Positions 59,886 through 64,000 of a stretch of 64,000 bases of DNA are shown here, piece after piece. Made by a program: the position numbers and the translations under genes. A model generated the notes under the pieces. It did not search any database. It saw only the letters and a program-made list of their open reading frames with translations, and was not told where the DNA came from. Source of the DNA: Rhodospirillales bacterium (GTDB lineage: Bacteria; Pseudomonadota; Alphaproteobacteria; Rhodospirillales; UBA2165); assembly GCA_012960465.1 (NCBI GenBank), contig DUBF01000148.1, positions 8,982 through 72,981 of the forward strand, read 5' to 3'. Each line of letters starts with the position of its first letter. Position 1 is the first letter of the stretch.

Positions 59886-61151
59886 ATGGGACAAACAATA
59901 GCTGAAAAAATTATCGCAAAAGCGGCTGGTCAGCAGACTGTTAAGCCGGGTGATATCGTTACCTGTAATGTCGATCTAGCTATGATCCACGATAGTGGTG
60001 GTCCGCGCCGGGTTAAACCTTTAATGGAAAAACTTGGGGTTAGCGTCTGGGATCCAAACAAGGTTGTTTTGATTTCCGACCATTTTACTCCCTGTACGGA
60101 TGCTGAGAGCGCAAACATTCTTAAATTGACAAGAGAATGGGCAGCGGAACAGGGTATTATTAATTTTTATGATCAACAGGGGATTTGTCATGTGGTAACT
60201 CCTGAGCGTGGGCACATTCACCCTGGAATGTTTGCTGTCGGTGGTGACAGCCATTCACCGACGGGCGGAGCTTTTGGTAGTTATATGTTTGGAATTGGTG
60301 CAACTGATATGCTTGGTGTCCTTGTCACGGGTCAGACTTGGATAAAAGTGCCCGAGACTATTAACATTAAATGGTCTGGAGATTTTGGTGTTGGAATAGC
60401 AGCTAAAGATATGGCCCTTAAAATGTGTGCTACGCTCGGCATGGATGGTGGAGATTATCAGTCAATTCTGTACTCAGGTGATACAATAGAAAATTTGGAT
60501 ATGATGGAACGCATGACGTTGAGTAATATGGCAGCGGAACTCGGTGCGCAATCTGGTCTGATCGAGCCAGATGAAAAAACTGTTGATTATATTAAGTCAG
60601 TGGGAGGTGTTCCCGGCGATTGGCAGAATTTTAAGAGTGATCCAGATGCGAACTATAGCGTTTCACATGAATTTAGTGCTATAGATTTAGAACCGCAGGT
60701 AGCCGTACCACATAGCCCAGCGAATGCAGTAGCTGTTGGAGACGTTGGAAAGGATCAGATTGATCAATTTTATATTGGTGCATGTACTGGGGCTAAATTA
60801 AATGACTTGGAAATGGCGGCCTCTGTTCTCAAGGGTAAGAAAATTGCTGCTGGCAAACGTCTTACAGTTGCACCGGCCTCTTCGCGCATCCTGGCCCAAG
60901 CGATCAAGCAGGGGATAATCGAAGTTTTACTAGAAGCTGGAGCAGGTTTGTTGCCTCCTGGCTGTGGGGCTTGCGCAGGTTACGGAGTAGGTGTTTTAGC
61001 AGAGGATGAAGTTTGCCTGGCTTCAACTGCCCGGAATTTTCAAGGTAGAATGGGGGCGAGTACTTCTAAAGTGTATTTAGCATCGCCTTACACGGTTGCC
61101 GCCAGTGCGATACGGGGACATATCTCAGACCCAAGAGAGGAGCTATTATAA
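59886..61151 (+). CDS. Aconitase-family hydro-lyase large subunit (short LeuC/DmdA/HacA type)
   Basis: EKI, DH, GICH, GDSH, IGACT and GCGAC (three Fe-S Cys) and RNFQGRMG motifs; about 420 aa. Confidence 0.88.
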   Translation: MGQTIAEKIIAKAAGQQTVKPGDIVTCNVDLAMIHDSGGPRRVKPLMEKLGVSVWDPNKVVLISDHFTPCTDAESANILKLTREWAAEQGIINFYDQQGICHVVTPERGHIHPGMFAVGGDSHSPTGGAFGSYMFGIGATDMLGVLVTGQTWIKVPETINIKWSGDFGVGIAAKDMALKMCATLGMDGGDYQSILYSGDTIENLDMMERMTLSNMAAELGAQSGLIEPDEKTVDYIKSVGGVPGDWQNFKSDPDANYSVSHEFSAIDLEPQVAVPHSPANAVAVGDVGKDQIDQFYIGACTGAKLNDLEMAASVLKGKKIAAGKRLTVAPASSRILAQAIKQGIIEVLLEAGAGLLPPGCGACAGYGVGVLAEDEVCLASTARNFQGRMGASTSKVYLASPYTVAASAIRGHISDPREELL

Positions 61152-61636
61152 TGTCCAGTCGTGTTTGGAAGTTTGGAGATGATATTAATACAGATATTTT
61201 AGCACCGGGTATATACATTAAATTACCCCTAAACGAACTTGCACAGCATTGTCTTGAGTCCATTGATCCTAGTTTTGCTTCTAGGGTATGTGAAGGAGAT
61301 ATCATTGTGGCGGGCAATAATTTTGGGATGGGTTCAAGTAGAGAGCAGGCGCCTCAAGTTTTGAAGGAACTTGGTATTACTGCGGTTATAGCGGCTTCTT
61401 TTGGCGGTATATTTTATCGTAATGCTTTTAATCTCGGCTTGCCCGCGATAATTTCTAAAGATTTCACAAAAATCGCTGCAGACCATCAAATTGAACTTGA
61501 TATTAAAACTGGAAGAATTTGTAATATTACTACAGGTCAAGATTTAGTTGGAGAAAAAATACCGGAAAATTTATTGACACTTATTGAAGCTGGCGGGCTT
61601 GTGCCTTACCTGGAAAGTAACTTGAATAATAATTAA
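61151..61636 (+). CDS. Aconitase-family hydro-lyase small subunit (LeuD/DmdB type)
   Basis: FGDDINTD.LAP, NFGMGSSREQA, IFYRNA.N.GLP and AGGL motifs. Confidence 0.88.
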   Translation: MSSRVWKFGDDINTDILAPGIYIKLPLNELAQHCLESIDPSFASRVCEGDIIVAGNNFGMGSSREQAPQVLKELGITAVIAASFGGIFYRNAFNLGLPAIISKDFTKIAADHQIELDIKTGRICNITTGQDLVGEKIPENLLTLIEAGGLVPYLESNLNNN

Positions 61637-61649
61637 TTAAGGAGTGGCC

Positions 61650-62528
61650 ATGTCGCCGCAGAAAATCTTAAGAGATCGTCTCGACCAGGATAAAATTATA
61701 CTTACACCAGGTATATATGATGCTTTTGGAGCAATGATGGCTGAGCGGGCTGGTTTTGAGGCGCTTTACCTGTCCGGGGCTTCGATAGCTTATACAAAAT
61801 TAGGCCGCCCAGATATAGGACTCGTAACCTTGGACGAGTTGGCGTCTGTTGTAGGAACAATTCGTGAGCGGACAGACTTACCTACAATCGTTGATGCGGA
61901 TACGGGGTTTGGTAATGCGCTCAATGTTCAGCGCACTGTAAAACTCTTGGAGCGCAATGGTGCCTCTGGTATTCAACTGGAGGATCAGTCTCTGCCAAAA
62001 CGCTGCGGACACCTTGATGGTAAAATGCTGATAACTGCAGATGAAATGAATGGTAAAGTCAAAGCAGCTCTCGATGCGCGTATGGATGAAAATACTGTTA
62101 TCATAGCAAGGACAGATGCTATTGGGGTTGAAGGCTATGAGAGTGCCATGGATCGCGCAGTTGGTTATGTCGAGGCAGGAGCTGATGTCTTGTTTATTGA
62201 AGCTATGCAAAATACTGAACAAATTGCAGGGGCTATAAAACAATTCGGAGGCAAAGTTCCGTTATTAGTAAATATGGTTGAAGGTGGTAAAACTCCAATG
62301 GCGCCAGCTTCTGAATTGGAAGAAAAGGGTTTTTCGATTGTAATATTTCCCGGTGCTTTGGTTCGTGTGCTTGCTCATGCTGCGGAGAATTATTTTAATT
62401 CGCTACTCAAGCATGGCTCAACTTTGCATCACAAATCTCAAATGTTTGATTTTAATGAGCTAAATGAACTTCTAGGCACGGAAGAAATGCTTGAAATAGG
62501 TAATCGTTACACAGATGGTGGAGATTAA
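61650..62528 (+). CDS. Isocitrate lyase/PEP mutase-family C-C lyase (PrpB / 2,3-dimethylmalate lyase-like)
   Basis: YLSGA, DADTGFG, EDQ..PKRCGH, ARTDA and NMVEGGKTP motifs; AAGGAG RBS. Confidence 0.88.
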   Translation: MSPQKILRDRLDQDKIILTPGIYDAFGAMMAERAGFEALYLSGASIAYTKLGRPDIGLVTLDELASVVGTIRERTDLPTIVDADTGFGNALNVQRTVKLLERNGASGIQLEDQSLPKRCGHLDGKMLITADEMNGKVKAALDARMDENTVIIARTDAIGVEGYESAMDRAVGYVEAGADVLFIEAMQNTEQIAGAIKQFGGKVPLLVNMVEGGKTPMAPASELEEKGFSIVIFPGALVRVLAHAAENYFNSLLKHGSTLHHKSQMFDFNELNELLGTEEMLEIGNRYTDGGD

Positions 62529-62529
62529 G

Positions 62530-64000
62530 ATGCAAAAACTCGACCCTGTGATGCTGGCTGTCCTTAAAGGACGGTTGGAGCAAATTGCGGATGAAATGGA
62601 TGCGACGCTTTTTCGTAGTGCGTTTAATCCAATAATAGCTGAAGCTCATGATGCCAGTCATGGGCTCTACCATGCCAAAACTGGTGAGACCTTAATTCAA
62701 GGCAAGTCTGGCCTACCCGTTTTCGTTGGAGCTATGTCATTTGCGGTAAAAATGGTGATCGATAAAGTTGAAGTCGAAAATATTGTTCTCAAACAGGGTG
62801 ATGTTTTCGTATTTAACGATCCTTATGAAGGTGGAACTCACCTTTCAGATTTTAAACTCGTAAAGCCTTTCTTTCATGAGGGCGAGATTTTTTGCTTCTT
62901 AGCTTCCGTTGGCCACTGGCACGACGTAGGTGGAAATGTGCCAGGTAATTATAATCCCGTTGCAACGGAGTGTTACCAAGAAGGCATGCTAATCCCTCCA
63001 GTGTTTCTTTATAAGGAAGGTGTTCTCAATGAAGATATTATTGCAATTTTACAATCTAATTCGCGCCTACCAGGCAGTCTTTATGGTGATCTGAATGGAC
63101 AAGTTAGCGCTCTTGATCTCGGTGATCGAAGATTAAAGGATTTGCTTCAAGAATATGGTAAAGAGAAAATTACATCTGCTTTAGTTGAACTGAATCAAAG
63201 TGCTGCCAGGCTCATGGCGAGTTATATTAGTGATCTTCCAAACGGTACTTACTCGGCTGAAGATTGGCTCGACAATGATGGTATTATCGATGAGCCGCTA
63301 AAAATTGGCCTTGATATTATTATTGCTGATAACCGAATGACTTTGGATTTTTCTAGAACATCGGCTGCATGTGATGGACCAGTAAATATCTCGCGTTCTA
63401 CGTGTATTGCGTCTTGCTATGTTGCGCTTAAGCATATTTTTCGTGAGGTTCCGGCCAATGCTGGAGTGCTGGAGCCGATTGATTTTATAATTCCAGAAGA
63501 TAGCTTACTAAGTGTTGGTCGCCCAAAACCCGTTTGTGGTTATACTGAGACAATTCTTCGTGTTATCGATGTTATGTTTCAGGTGATTTCTCAAGTTGCT
63601 CCAGAAATGAGTAATGGCTGTGCATACGGAACCATCAATGCATTATCAATGGCAGGTTATCGTAAGAATGGCGTTCGCTGGGTTATGTTTTCTTTCTTTG
63701 GCGGCGGCCACGGCGGCCATCCTAATGGTGACGGCCTTAATCATGGAAATGCGCCAATTTCAACAGCCACCATTCCCCCACTGGAAATCTTGGAGGCTGC
63801 CTATCCAATCCGTTTTACCCGATGGGCCCTCAGGCCAGATAGTGGTGGGCCAGGTAAAAACCGTGGTGGTTGCGGTGCAATTTATGAGATTGAATTACTT
63901 GAAGAAAAAGCTGATGCTTTTTTGTTTGGCGAACGAGGCAAATTTGGCCCGCCCGGTGTTATAGGGGGTGAGAGCGGAGCTCTAAATAAATTTAGTTATC
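62530..64000 (+). CDS. Hydantoinase B/5-oxoprolinase-family protein (truncated by window end)
   Basis: My translation: MQKLDPVMLAVLKGRLEQIADEMDATLFRSAFNPIIAEAHDASHG...NDPYEGGTHLSD...GHWHDVGG...EG...GGGHGG...DSGGPGKNRGG; absent from the ORF track because there is no stop in the window. Confidence 0.9.
   Translation, partial: MQKLDPVMLAVLKGRLEQIADEMDATLFRSAFNPIIAEAHDASHGLYHAKTGETLIQGKSGLPVFVGAMSFAVKMVIDKVEVENIVLKQGDVFVFNDPYEGGTHLSDFKLVKPFFHEGEIFCFLASVGHWHDVGGNVPGNYNPVATECYQEGMLIPPVFLYKEGVLNEDIIAILQSNSRLPGSLYGDLNGQVSALDLGDRRLKDLLQEYGKEKITSALVELNQSAARLMASYISDLPNGTYSAEDWLDNDGIIDEPLKIGLDIIIADNRMTLDFSRTSAACDGPVNISRSTCIASCYVALKHIFREVPANAGVLEPIDFIIPEDSLLSVGRPKPVCGYTETILRVIDVMFQVISQVAPEMSNGCAYGTINALSMAGYRKNGVRWVMFSFFGGGHGGHPNGDGLNHGNAPISTATIPPLEILEAAYPIRFTRWALRPDSGGPGKNRGGCGAIYEIELLEEKADAFLFGERGKFGPPGVIGGESGALNKFSY

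Noticed and set aside
59886-61636. Assignment as leucine biosynthetic leuC/leuD because ilvBNC is nearby
   Set aside because: Short subunit type, no leuA or leuB, and operonic with a lyase and a hydantoinase, which points to catabolism

Overview
A gene-dense bacterial chromosomal segment of about 40% GC (estimated by eye). Gene content and order suggest an alphaproteobacterium, probably a marine Rhodospirillales-like lineage (inference). (1) 1-13.4 kb: purine uptake and catabolism cluster (allA, alc, uraD, puuE / uraH, puuD, BMP-type ABC transporter, guaD, NCS2 permease). (2) 13.5-15.1 kb: extradiol dioxygenase-like VOC gene plus ubiX. (3) 15.3-41.7 kb: near-complete cobalamin biosynthesis and cobalt uptake cluster headed by a compact cobalamin riboswitch over cbtBA. 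It mixes late-insertion genes (cobN, cobW) with early-insertion genes (cbiX, cbiD, cbiG), has no cobG, cobZ, cobF or bluB in the window, and includes an exostosin-like gene. (4) 41.7-56.5 kb: core genes (TSUP exporter, mrp, hflKC, DUF2065, degP, DUF1015, miaA, ilvBNC, arfB) with an inserted luciferase-like monooxygenase / gentisate dioxygenase-like pair. (5) 56.6-64 kb: an uncharacterised catabolic island with a short reductive dehalogenase-like protein, a single-Cys racemase/arylmalonate decarboxylase-fold protein, an FAD monooxygenase, LeuCD-like hydratase subunits, an ICL/PEP mutase-family lyase and a hydantoinase B/oxoprolinase gene cut by the window end. No rRNA, tRNA, CRISPR array or mobile element was recognised. 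All assignments come from motif recognition; no database searches were run.
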